Assembly: GCA_040266055.1 (NCBI GenBank)
Contig: JBDQFC010000002.1
Coordinates: 6,219 to 70,218 of the forward strand
Length of the DNA: 64,000 bases
Direction: 5' to 3'
From: Candidatus Nanopelagicales bacterium
GTDB lineage: Bacteria > Actinomycetota > Actinomycetes > S36-B12
Shown: one piece after another, positions 1 to 7,858 of the stretch
Numbering within the stretch: position 1 is the stretch's first letter
Layout: every line of letters starts with the position of its first letter
Program-made: the position numbers and the translations under genes
The notes under the pieces: generated by a model
Seen by the model: the letters and a program-made list of their open reading frames with translations, nothing else
Told to the model about the DNA's origin: nothing
The model's database searches: none

Positions 1-206
1 ATGTCGATTGTTTGACCGGCGATGGTGATCTCGAGATCTCCTGCGTCATTTCCGAGGAAGATCCTCACCACGGGCGTAATCAATCCCTGAGTGAAGGCAT
101 CGGCCAAGGTTGTAAACGCAACACCCACCACAACGCCTACGGAGAGATCGACCACATCCCTTGATTGATGAACTCTCGTAATCCTTTGAACACTGCACAC
201 CTCCAT
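1..206 (-). CDS. mscL: Large-conductance mechanosensitive channel MscL, 5' part (3' end lies beyond the window start); N-terminal reading-frame anomaly
   Basis: Minus-strand translation of 158-1 reads DVVDLSVGVVVGVAFTTLADAFTQGLITPVVRIFLGNDAGDLEITIAGQTID, a clear MscL TM1/loop match. The canonical N-terminus VFKGLREFINQG is encoded at 193-158 but in another frame. There is an in-frame ATG at 206. Confidence 0.75.
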   Translation of the reverse strand, partial: MEVCSVQRITRVHQSRDVVDLSVGVVVGVAFTTLADAFTQGLITPVVRIFLGNDAGDLEITIAGQTID

Positions 207-225
207 CGAACTTGGTGTCTATGCG

Positions 226-672
226 TTACGTATGTCCACGGATCATGACACCGACCGGCTCTGCTGGGTGGGAGGCCAGAGATAGCGCCGCCGACTCCTC
301 GAGGGCGATGATTGCGATGGCTTCGGATGAGGGTCCAAATCCGGAGGTAGGGATGTCGATGACGCGCGCACCTTCGACTACCGGTGTGCTCGTGCCCGCA
401 CGAATCAGGTCCACGATGGTTCCCGGGGCGAGGGCGTTTACCGCTCCTGCTGGGCTGATCACGACGGGGACGGCGACTTCATCCGTTGCCAAGGAAGAGT
501 CCGCCTGAGACACAAAGGAAGTCGATGGCTCAGGAGAGCGCATCGCCGTTGCTAGGAAGAAGATGCCGAAGCCGGCGAGTAGTGCAGCCACGAGCCGTCG
601 GCGACGATTCAGTACCTGCCGAAGGTGCGTCAGATCGAGCCAGAGCCGCAGGCGATCAACCAGAGCCGTCAT
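226..672 (-). CDS. SAF-domain (CpaB/RcpC-like) membrane-anchored protein
   Basis: 148-aa ORF with an N-terminal TM segment (LVAALLAGFGIFFLA) and a beta-rich SAF-like C-terminal part. Its position between fmdB and mscL is conserved in actinobacteria as I recall. Confidence 0.5.
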   Translation of the reverse strand: MTALVDRLRLWLDLTHLRQVLNRRRRLVAALLAGFGIFFLATAMRSPEPSTSFVSQADSSLATDEVAVPVVISPAGAVNALAPGTIVDLIRAGTSTPVVEGARVIDIPTSGFGPSSEAIAIIALEESAALSLASHPAEPVGVMIRGHT

Positions 673-731
673 GCATTGACGCTATGCGCGCACCTGCAAC
701 TCAGTCGAATCGTTATCCACAGGCGTGCGGG

Positions 732-1079
732 CTAGGCCTTCGATGCGGTCGACGATGAGGAACTCGACGACGAGTTCGAAGATGAAGAGCCGGACGAACT
801 CGACGCTCCGGTCGAGCTCGACTTCTCCGACTTGGTGGACTCGCTCGAGGACTTCGATGCATTCTTTTCGCCACCACCGGCATCACTCGACGATCCCGAG
901 GTCCGCGAATCGGTGCGGTAGAAACCCGATCCCTTGAAGACCACACCGACACCGTTGAACAACTTCCGCAGCGTGGGTTGCCCACATTCAGCGCAATCGG
1001 TCAACGTCGGGTCGGTCATCTTCTGCACAATCTCGTGCTTGGCATTGCAGGACCCGCAGGCGTACTCGTAGGTGGGCAC
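732..1079 (-). CDS. FmdB-family zinc-ribbon protein with serine-rich tail
   Basis: VPTYEYACGSC...CAECG CxxC-CxxC zinc ribbon. GTG at 1079 lies 4 nt after AAGGAGG (1090-1084). The long Ser/Gly-rich C-terminal tail resembles the mycobacterial conserved serine-rich protein. Confidence 0.8.
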   Translation of the reverse strand: MPTYEYACGSCNAKHEIVQKMTDPTLTDCAECGQPTLRKLFNGVGVVFKGSGFYRTDSRTSGSSSDAGGGEKNASKSSSESTKSEKSSSTGASSSSGSSSSNSSSSSSSSTASKA

Positions 1080-1102
1080 CGGACCTCCTTGTTCGGCAGA
1101 GA

Positions 1103-1129
1103 TTAGCACTCGATGGCCGCGAGTGCTAA
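1103..1129. promoter_or_regulatory. Perfect 10-bp inverted repeat TTAGCACTCG-N7-CGAGTGCTAA in the fmdB/crcB divergent intergenic region
   Basis: Read directly; all 10 pairs are complementary. It lies 24 nt upstream of the fmdB start and 32 nt upstream of the crcB start. Confidence 0.5.
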
Positions 1130-1160
1130 ATGATGCTTTCCCCGTCGCTACGCTTCCTGG

Positions 1161-1556
1161 GTGTTTGTATGGCTGGCGATCGGCGCCGGAGGTGCGCTAG
1201 GTGCCCTGGCCCGCTGGTCGATCGGTGAAGCGGTGGTCTTCTCGCTTGGAGCATCGACGTTCCCTTGGGGCACGCTGATCGCCAATGTGGTCGGCTGTGC
1301 GGCTATCGGGGTCCTCGCTCCGTTGGTGATCCGACGTGCAGCCTGGGTCGCGGGTCTGGTGGTGACAGGTTTCCTGGGTGGTTTCACTACCTACTCAGCA
1401 TTCGCTGAGGAAACGTTCGTGTTGCTCGACAGGGGGGATGTCCAGGGAATCGTGCTTGCCGCGACGTACGTGCTCGTGACTATCACCACGACTTCTCTCG
1501 CCGTTGTGCTCGGCTCCCGGCTCGCCCCGGCGATGATCGCTGAGGAAGCGGGATGA
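1161..1556 (+). CDS. crcB: Fluoride ion channel CrcB/FluC, subunit 1
   Basis: 131 aa with 4 TM segments. Motifs GGALGALARW and GFLGGFTTYSAF are typical of CrcB. Confidence 0.85.
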   Translation: MFVWLAIGAGGALGALARWSIGEAVVFSLGASTFPWGTLIANVVGCAAIGVLAPLVIRRAAWVAGLVVTGFLGGFTTYSAFAEETFVLLDRGDVQGIVLAATYVLVTITTTSLAVVLGSRLAPAMIAEEAG

Positions 1557-1933
1557 CGTGGACCTTGGCGCTCTCTGTCGCAGCGGGCGGTGCGATCGGT
1601 GCGCCATTGCGCTACCTCATCGACAGTCGGGTATCTCGTGCATCACAAGAACGTGGAGATGGGCTTTTCCCTTGGGGACTGCTGGTTGTCAATGTGTTGG
1701 GATCCTTCATCATCGGTGTGGCATACGTGACCTTGGAAGGACCCGGTCGGGCATTGATCGCCACGGGTGCATGCGGTGCATTAACCACCTATTCGAGCTA
1801 CGCGCTGTTCGTTAACCGCGTGTGGGATGAAGACCGCGCAGCAGCATGGAAAGCAATTATCGTCATGCCTGTCGCCTGCATCGGCGCCGCAGGCATCGCT
1901 GTATTCATAACCCGAGCGCTGACCGGTTACTAG
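1553..1933 (+). CDS. crcB: Fluoride ion channel CrcB/FluC, subunit 2
   Basis: 126 aa with GGAIGAPLRY and GALTTYSSYALF motifs. ATGA overlap with the upstream crcB fits the heterodimer-type pair common in actinobacteria. Confidence 0.85.
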   Translation: MTWTLALSVAAGGAIGAPLRYLIDSRVSRASQERGDGLFPWGLLVVNVLGSFIIGVAYVTLEGPGRALIATGACGALTTYSSYALFVNRVWDEDRAAAWKAIIVMPVACIGAAGIAVFITRALTGY

Positions 1934-1942
1934 CGGAGTACG

Positions 1943-4555
1943 GTGCTCGTCGTGCGTACGTGGGCCCGTGTCGTTTCGATTCTCGGGTTGGTGATCGTTC
2001 TCATCATCGTCGGCATCTCCGGCTACGCGCTTCACACGGTGCGTGCCTCGTACCCCCAGGTCAGCGGAGAGATGGAACTCGACGGACTGACTTCCGAAGT
2101 GGAAGTACTTCGCAACGATCTCGGTATTCCCGTGATCAACGCCGATTCCCTTGAGGACCTGTTCTTCGCACAAGGATTCGTGCACGCCCAGGATCGGTTC
2201 TGGGAGATGGATGTTCGTCGACATATCACCGCAGGTCGGCTTTCGGAGATGTTCGGTGAATCTCAAGTTCCCACCGACACGTTCTTGCGCACGCTCGGAT
2301 GGCGACGCATCGCCGAGCAGGAACTAGAACTTCTCGGCGATCGGTCTCGACGGATCCTGGACGCGTACGCAGCTGGCGTGAACGCCTACCTCGAAGAGCG
2401 CAGCGGGGCCGAGTTGAGTCTGGAGTACGCAGTGCTTGCGCTGCAGAATCCGGACTATCGGCCTGAGCCGTGGGTCCCGGCGGACTCTGTAGCGTGGTTG
2501 AAGGCTCTCGCATGGGATCTACGCGGGAATATGACCGATGAAATCTACCGCGCGGTGATGAGCGCAAGTATGGGTATCGAGGCCACCGAACAGCTCTTCC
2601 CGGAATATCCATACGCCGACAATCGTCCGATCGTGGAAGTTGGAACGGTGGTTGACGGTGTTTTCGACCAGGACGCTCCACGAGGTGCTAGCGGGACTCC
2701 GGGATCCGCCAATCGGCCAATTGATTACACCGGTGCGCTTGATGCCCTGTCATCCGTCGACGCAGTGGTGTCATCACTCGAGACACTTCTCGGACCGTCG
2801 GGACCAGGCATCGGCTCGAACTCCTGGGCGGTTGCCGGATCCAAGACCGATACCGGGTTGCCGTTGCTGGCTAACGATCCTCATCTCGCACCTGCCATGC
2901 CGAGCCTTTGGTACCAGTCGGCGTTGCGCTGCACTCGGATGGACGACGACTGCAATTACGACGTCACCGGATGGACCATGGCTGGACTTCCCGGCGTCTT
3001 CATCGGACACAACAACCAGATCGCGTGGGGCTTCACCAATCTCGGGCCGGATGTAACCGACCTCGTCCTGCATCAGCTTGAGGGCGACGCATACCTCTAT
3101 GACGGACAGCTCCTCCCGCTGGACATCCGAACAGAGGAGATCAAGGTCGCCAGCGGTGACCCGGTTGACGTCACGATCCGGTCCACAGCTGACGGTCCGA
3201 TCATCTCCGGTATCGAGGACATCGCTGTCTATGACGCCGTTGCGGTCGACGCCCCTGTTCCCGCACCGGGATCGATGGGCACCCAGAATGCGGCGGGGAC
3301 ATCGGGTGGCGACTACGCAGTTGCCTTGCGATGGACCGCTCTGCAACCTCAACCAACATTCGATGCCTTCGATGCACTGAACACGGCCACGGACTGGGAG
3401 CAGTTCCGAAACGCGGCGCGACTCCTTGCAGTACCAGCGCAGAACTTGCTGTATGCCGATACCGCCGGGCGTATCGGGTACCAGTCGCCTGGACGGATTC
3501 CCATCCGTCGCGGCTACGACGGAAAGTGGCCCATCCCGGGTTGGACTAGTGAGTACGGGTGGGACGGGTACATACCCTTCGAGGCGTTGCCATCAGTGAT
3601 CGATCCGCCGGAGGGCTGGATCGTGACGGCCAACCAGGCTGTCATCGGACCGGAGTATGCGTATTTCCTCACCGACGATTGGGCCTACGGCGCGCGTAGC
3701 CAGCGAATCGTCGACTTGATCGAGTCCTCCACGGCAGGGGGTGCCGTGATGACGGCCGAACGCATGCGCGCTATCCAGGTGGATAGCAACAATGCACTCG
3801 CCGAGTTCCTGGTTCCTCGCTTGCTTGAACTCCCGGTGCCCGCAGGGACCGAGGATGCGCGCGCTCTTCTGGCTGATTGGGATCTCCAGCAGACAGCCGA
3901 CTCGGCAGGCGCCGCCTACTTCAACGCGATCTGGGCGCAGATGGTTGAGCGGATGTTCGATGCAGCAGCCGATACCGACTTGATCCAATCGAGCGGCAAC
4001 GATCGCTTCTGGTTGGTGGTCGAAAACATCTGGGATGACCCGACCAATGTCTGGTGGATCGATAAGACCACGCCTGCGGCTGAAGATCGGGATGCCCTCC
4101 TGGCGACCGCGCAAGTGGCCGCAGCCGAAGCGTTACGCGATCAACTCGGTGACGATCCGTCGTCGTGGAGCTGGGGAGCACTGCATCAACTCACCTTTAC
4201 CAACGGCACGTTGGGTACGAGCGGAATCGCGCCGATCGAGATGCTTTTCAACCGCGGTCCAGTGGGAATCGGCGGTAGCGAGGCGGCGGTCAACGCGACC
4301 GGTTGGACGCCAGCAGATGGGTTCGAAGTTGATTGGGTACCCAGCATGCGTCAGGTCATTGACCTGTCGGACTTCGATTCCTCGACGTGGGTGAACCTGA
4401 CAGGCAACTCCGGACACGCATACAACCGCAACTACTCCGACCAGATCGATGCCTGGGTCGAAGGCCAACAGTTCCCGTGGATGTTCAGCGATGCCGCGGT
4501 CCGCGACGAAGCGGTTGACGTTCTCACCTTGAGTCCGTCTACATCCAACGACTAA
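1943..4555 (+). CDS. Penicillin acylase-family Ntn hydrolase (penicillin amidase / acyl-homoserine-lactone acylase-like), N-terminal membrane anchor
   Basis: 870 aa. Has a TM helix at the N-terminus and the autoprocessing/nucleophile motif GPGIG-SNSWAVAGSKT followed by LANDPHL. Confidence 0.85.
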   Translation: MLVVRTWARVVSILGLVIVLIIVGISGYALHTVRASYPQVSGEMELDGLTSEVEVLRNDLGIPVINADSLEDLFFAQGFVHAQDRFWEMDVRRHITAGRLSEMFGESQVPTDTFLRTLGWRRIAEQELELLGDRSRRILDAYAAGVNAYLEERSGAELSLEYAVLALQNPDYRPEPWVPADSVAWLKALAWDLRGNMTDEIYRAVMSASMGIEATEQLFPEYPYADNRPIVEVGTVVDGVFDQDAPRGASGTPGSANRPIDYTGALDALSSVDAVVSSLETLLGPSGPGIGSNSWAVAGSKTDTGLPLLANDPHLAPAMPSLWYQSALRCTRMDDDCNYDVTGWTMAGLPGVFIGHNNQIAWGFTNLGPDVTDLVLHQLEGDAYLYDGQLLPLDIRTEEIKVASGDPVDVTIRSTADGPIISGIEDIAVYDAVAVDAPVPAPGSMGTQNAAGTSGGDYAVALRWTALQPQPTFDAFDALNTATDWEQFRNAARLLAVPAQNLLYADTAGRIGYQSPGRIPIRRGYDGKWPIPGWTSEYGWDGYIPFEALPSVIDPPEGWIVTANQAVIGPEYAYFLTDDWAYGARSQRIVDLIESSTAGGAVMTAERMRAIQVDSNNALAEFLVPRLLELPVPAGTEDARALLADWDLQQTADSAGAAYFNAIWAQMVERMFDAAADTDLIQSSGNDRFWLVVENIWDDPTNVWWIDKTTPAAEDRDALLATAQVAAAEALRDQLGDDPSSWSWGALHQLTFTNGTLGTSGIAPIEMLFNRGPVGIGGSEAAVNATGWTPADGFEVDWVPSMRQVIDLSDFDSSTWVNLTGNSGHAYNRNYSDQIDAWVEGQQFPWMFSDAAVRDEAVDVLTLSPSTSND

Positions 4556-4566
4556 TCAGGCCGCCG

Positions 4567-5151
4567 TTAGTCGGGCATCGAGAGCCAACGAACCCGCTCC
4601 GGTGTGACAACCACGTCCACTCGGCGATCGTGATCCTCGCGTGGAACCGCAGGTAGCGCTTCATGTTCGAAGACCAAAGCAATGATCGGTCCGCGACCAT
4701 CATCGGGCAGATCGGCGAGCGTTCGGTCGTAATAGCCGCCTCCTTGCCCCAGGCGGAATCCATCTGCGTCCACCGCGAGTGCGGGGATGATCCACAGGGC
4801 GGGAGGTTCGTCCGTTGGGTCACCGATCGGTTCGTCGATATTCCAGACATTGGAAGCGAAAGCCGTATCAGTGTTGGTCTCAACCCACGCAAGGTTGTCG
4901 CCTTCCACTCGGGGTAGGCGAACGGTTGCGCCCGCACTACGAAGGCTGTTGATGAGTTCGTGCGTCGGTGGTTCCTCGGGTCGTGCCGCGTAACAGGCGA
5001 TGGCCGCGCCCTCGTTGCACGCTGATCGGACTTCCTCGAGGTCGAGGACGTGCTCGGCTATCCGGCGGGCCTCATCCTCCGTGGCCTGCCGTTCGCGGCG
5101 TTGTTGGCGCAAGGATCGGCGGACGTCGGCCTTACTGGCAGGAGCATCCAT
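4567..5151 (-). CDS. 5-formyltetrahydrofolate cyclo-ligase
   Basis: 194 aa with the GFRLGQGGGYYDR motif. GGTGGAG Shine-Dalgarno precedes ATG 5151. Its position next to galU is conserved. Confidence 0.85.
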   Translation of the reverse strand: MDAPASKADVRRSLRQQRRERQATEDEARRIAEHVLDLEEVRSACNEGAAIACYAARPEEPPTHELINSLRSAGATVRLPRVEGDNLAWVETNTDTAFASNVWNIDEPIGDPTDEPPALWIIPALAVDADGFRLGQGGGYYDRTLADLPDDGRGPIIALVFEHEALPAVPREDHDRRVDVVVTPERVRWLSMPD

Positions 5152-5199
5152 GGCTCCACCTTGCCCTAGAGGTGTTCGTATGCCAGGAATGACGGCGTA

Positions 5200-6096
5200 G
5201 TGTCAGGGCCCATGACAGGTGTCCATGCGGCGGTGATCCCTGCAGCCGGGCTGGGAACGCGGTTCCTTCCTGCGACCAAGGCGATGCCGAAGGAAATGCT
5301 TCCGGTCGTCGACAAGCCGGCGATCCAGTTCGTGGTGGAGGAGGCGGTTGCCGCGGGTTTGGACGACGTCTTGTTCATCACGAGTCGAGGAAAGCGTGCG
5401 CTCGAAGATCACTTCGACCGCAATACCGAGCTCGAGGTTGCGCTCGCGGAGAAGAACGACACCGACAAACTTGCGATCACCCAAGAGTCGACCGATCTCG
5501 CGCAAATCCACTACGTGCGCCAAGGTCAGGCGCTTGGACTCGGCCATGCGGTGTTGATGGCAGAGAACCACGTCGGAGATCAGTCGTTCGCAGTGCTTCT
5601 CGGTGACGATCTCATTGACGAGCGCGATCCGATTCTCCCGCGCATGATTGATGTGCGTGAGCGCTTCGGTGGCTCGGTAATTTGCCTGATGCGTGTTCCA
5701 CGTGAAGACATCTCTCTTTACGGGTGCGTCGCGGTGCAACCAACGGACGACGACGATGTCTTTGACGTAACGGACTTGGTTGAGAAGCCACCGGTAGATG
5801 AAGCGCCCAGTGATTACGCGATCATCGGCCGATATGTGCTCGACCCCGCTGTGTTCGCGGTTCTTCACAAGACGAAGCCTGGCCGCGGCGGTGAGATCCA
5901 ATTAACGGATGCTCTCGTTCAATTGGCAACGATGCCGGCTGCCAAAGGCGGAGGCGTCCGGGGAGTGGTCTTCGACGGTCGGCGCTATGACACTGGCGAC
6001 AAACTCAGCTACCTCAAGGCAGTGATCCAACTTGCGACGGAGCGTGACGACATCGGTGCGGACCTTCGTGAGTGGCTTTCCGAGCGGACGTTCTAG
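5200..6096 (+). CDS. galU: UTP--glucose-1-phosphate uridylyltransferase
   Basis: AVIPAAGLGTRFLPATKAMPKEMLPVVDKPAIQFVVEEA N-terminal signature. The start could instead be ATG 5212. Confidence 0.9.
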   Translation: MSGPMTGVHAAVIPAAGLGTRFLPATKAMPKEMLPVVDKPAIQFVVEEAVAAGLDDVLFITSRGKRALEDHFDRNTELEVALAEKNDTDKLAITQESTDLAQIHYVRQGQALGLGHAVLMAENHVGDQSFAVLLGDDLIDERDPILPRMIDVRERFGGSVICLMRVPREDISLYGCVAVQPTDDDDVFDVTDLVEKPPVDEAPSDYAIIGRYVLDPAVFAVLHKTKPGRGGEIQLTDALVQLATMPAAKGGGVRGVVFDGRRYDTGDKLSYLKAVIQLATERDDIGADLREWLSERTF

Positions 6097-6734
6097 CCGT
6101 GCCGTGGCGCACGGATGTCGCCCCCACCCTCACCGAGGGCGACGTCCGGCTGCGTCCACTTCGCACGAGTGACGCCAGGACCTGGCAGGACGTTCGGCGT
6201 CGAAACCAGGCGTGGCTGAGTCCGTGGGATGCAACCGTGCCCGATGAAGGCGTACGTGCTGGTGAGATCCCGCCTTCCTTCCACTCCATGACCCGTCGGC
6301 TTAGAGCAGAGGCGCGTGAAGGGCGAGTCATCCCGTGGGCCACCGAGTTCCGAGGACGGTTGGTGGGGCAGGTGACGATGGGCGGCATTGCGTACGGCTC
6401 CTTGCGCAGCGCCTACATCGGCTACTGGATCGATCAGGAGTTCGCAGGGCGCGGTATTACGTCCCTTGCCGTCGCGATGGCGAGCGACTACGCATTCGAC
6501 ATCTTGAAACTTCACCGCATGGAACTCAACATCCGTCCGGAAAACACATCGTCACGTGCCGTTGCCGAGAAGCTCGGCTACCGCGTCGAGGGATTCCGCG
6601 AGAAATACCTACACATTGACGGTGATTGGCGGGACCACGTCGCCTACGTTTTGTTCGCAGGAGACATTCCTGGTGGCGTGGTGAACCGATTGCGGGCTTC
6701 GGTGGACAACCGAACGCAGGGCCCCGGTACCTAG
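6072..6734 (+). CDS. GNAT-family N-acetyltransferase (RimJ/RimL-like)
   Basis: VRLRPL...GYWIDQEFAGRGITSLAV...MELNIRPENTSSRAVAEKLGYRVEG. The true start is probably GTG 6099, just after the galU stop. Confidence 0.8.
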   Translation: MAFRADVLAVPWRTDVAPTLTEGDVRLRPLRTSDARTWQDVRRRNQAWLSPWDATVPDEGVRAGEIPPSFHSMTRRLRAEAREGRVIPWATEFRGRLVGQVTMGGIAYGSLRSAYIGYWIDQEFAGRGITSLAVAMASDYAFDILKLHRMELNIRPENTSSRAVAEKLGYRVEGFREKYLHIDGDWRDHVAYVLFAGDIPGGVVNRLRASVDNRTQGPGT

Positions 6735-6832
6735 CTCCTGCAATTTGGCCTAGCACGGGGGTGCGACACGCGCATCCGCATGAGTGCGCACCTCCCGCAA
6801 CAAATACCCCATAACGCCTAGCGTGTGCGATT

Positions 6833-7687
6833 GTGACGGGCTTGATCTACGTGGTAATCATTGCCCTGTGGGCTGCCGTCCTCATCCCGATCTGGTTGCG
6901 TCGACATGATCAGATCAGTGAAGTCCGCTCCACCGCTCGTTTCTCCTCCGCCATGAAGTCGTTGGGTAAGGGTGAGTCGGACAAGGGCGGATCTGGCAGG
7001 TCTCGCGCCTACTCACCTGCTCAGGAAGCGGCGGCTAAGCGCCGGGCGATCATCATGGGGGTGCTGAGCGGTGCGTTGGCCCTGCTCTTGGTGCTCGCGG
7101 TGGTGGGTCTGGTTCCGCGCTGGGCTCCGATCGTCTTGGCTGTGCTCGTTCTTTCCTATCTGATCGCCGCTGGCGTGACCTCGTCCAAGCGTTCGGCGGG
7201 CTCCGAACGACGTCGCCTTGACCACTTCGACGAGTACGAGGAGTACGACGAACTCAACGAAGACGCCTACGACGACTACCGCGAGGTTGCGTACACCGAT
7301 CGAGTCGCCGAGGTCGCCTATCCACGCTCGCGGGGTGCCCGCCCCGCTACCAAGCGCAGCCGCGACGCACAGGTTGCAGCGGCCATGGACGATTTCCTTG
7401 AGTGGGATCCGTGGGAAGGTGAGCAGGACGAAGACGCCTGGTCCGCAGTCCCGACCACCCTTCCCACCTACGTCAACGCTCCCCGGGCGACCCGGGTGCG
7501 TCGGCCCATCGAGCGCGATCGCGACTGGTCCGGTGAGGCGATGGTCGAGGCGGCCCGCACCATTCGCCGTCCGCGAATCACGGTTGATGATCTCGAGGAT
7601 GATAAGTACGAACTCAGCTCCCGCCCGCAGGCACCGGCTGTCGATTCGGGCGACGACACCACCGAGTTGCCGGCGGTTGGCTACTAG
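6833..7687 (+). CDS. Conserved actinobacterial membrane protein, possible SepX/GlpR-type divisome protein
   Basis: 284 aa with an N-terminal TM ending in WLRRHD, two central TM segments and an acidic C-terminal region. It sits after the rimJ-like gene, where Rv0996 sits in M. tuberculosis. The functional label is inference. Confidence 0.45.
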   Translation: MTGLIYVVIIALWAAVLIPIWLRRHDQISEVRSTARFSSAMKSLGKGESDKGGSGRSRAYSPAQEAAAKRRAIIMGVLSGALALLLVLAVVGLVPRWAPIVLAVLVLSYLIAAGVTSSKRSAGSERRRLDHFDEYEEYDELNEDAYDDYREVAYTDRVAEVAYPRSRGARPATKRSRDAQVAAAMDDFLEWDPWEGEQDEDAWSAVPTTLPTYVNAPRATRVRRPIERDRDWSGEAMVEAARTIRRPRITVDDLEDDKYELSSRPQAPAVDSGDDTTELPAVGY

Positions 7688-7699
7688 AAAACCCGGACG

Positions 7700-7720
7700 G
7701 CAGGCGGGGTATTCGCCTGC
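7700..7720 (+). terminator. Hairpin GCAGGCG-gggtatt-CGCCTGC downstream of the membrane-protein gene
   Basis: 7-bp perfect stem with a 7-nt loop, read directly. There is no clear U-tract. Confidence 0.35.
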
Positions 7721-7741
7721 TGCTAACCTTGCGTCTCGCTT

Positions 7742-7817
<76 letters not shown>

Positions 7818-7858
7818 TTGTTTCCACTGTTTAGTTGTCCGTTGTTTAGTGTTGTCGC

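Noticed and set aside
1090-1160. Canonical fluoride (crcB-motif) riboswitch upstream of the crcB pair
   Set aside because: Only one helix (1103-1129) and short GAUGG / UGAUG strings are present. I could not find the second helix or a pseudoknot partner. It is kept only as a low-probability possibility under the palindrome finding, and a covariance-model search is needed.
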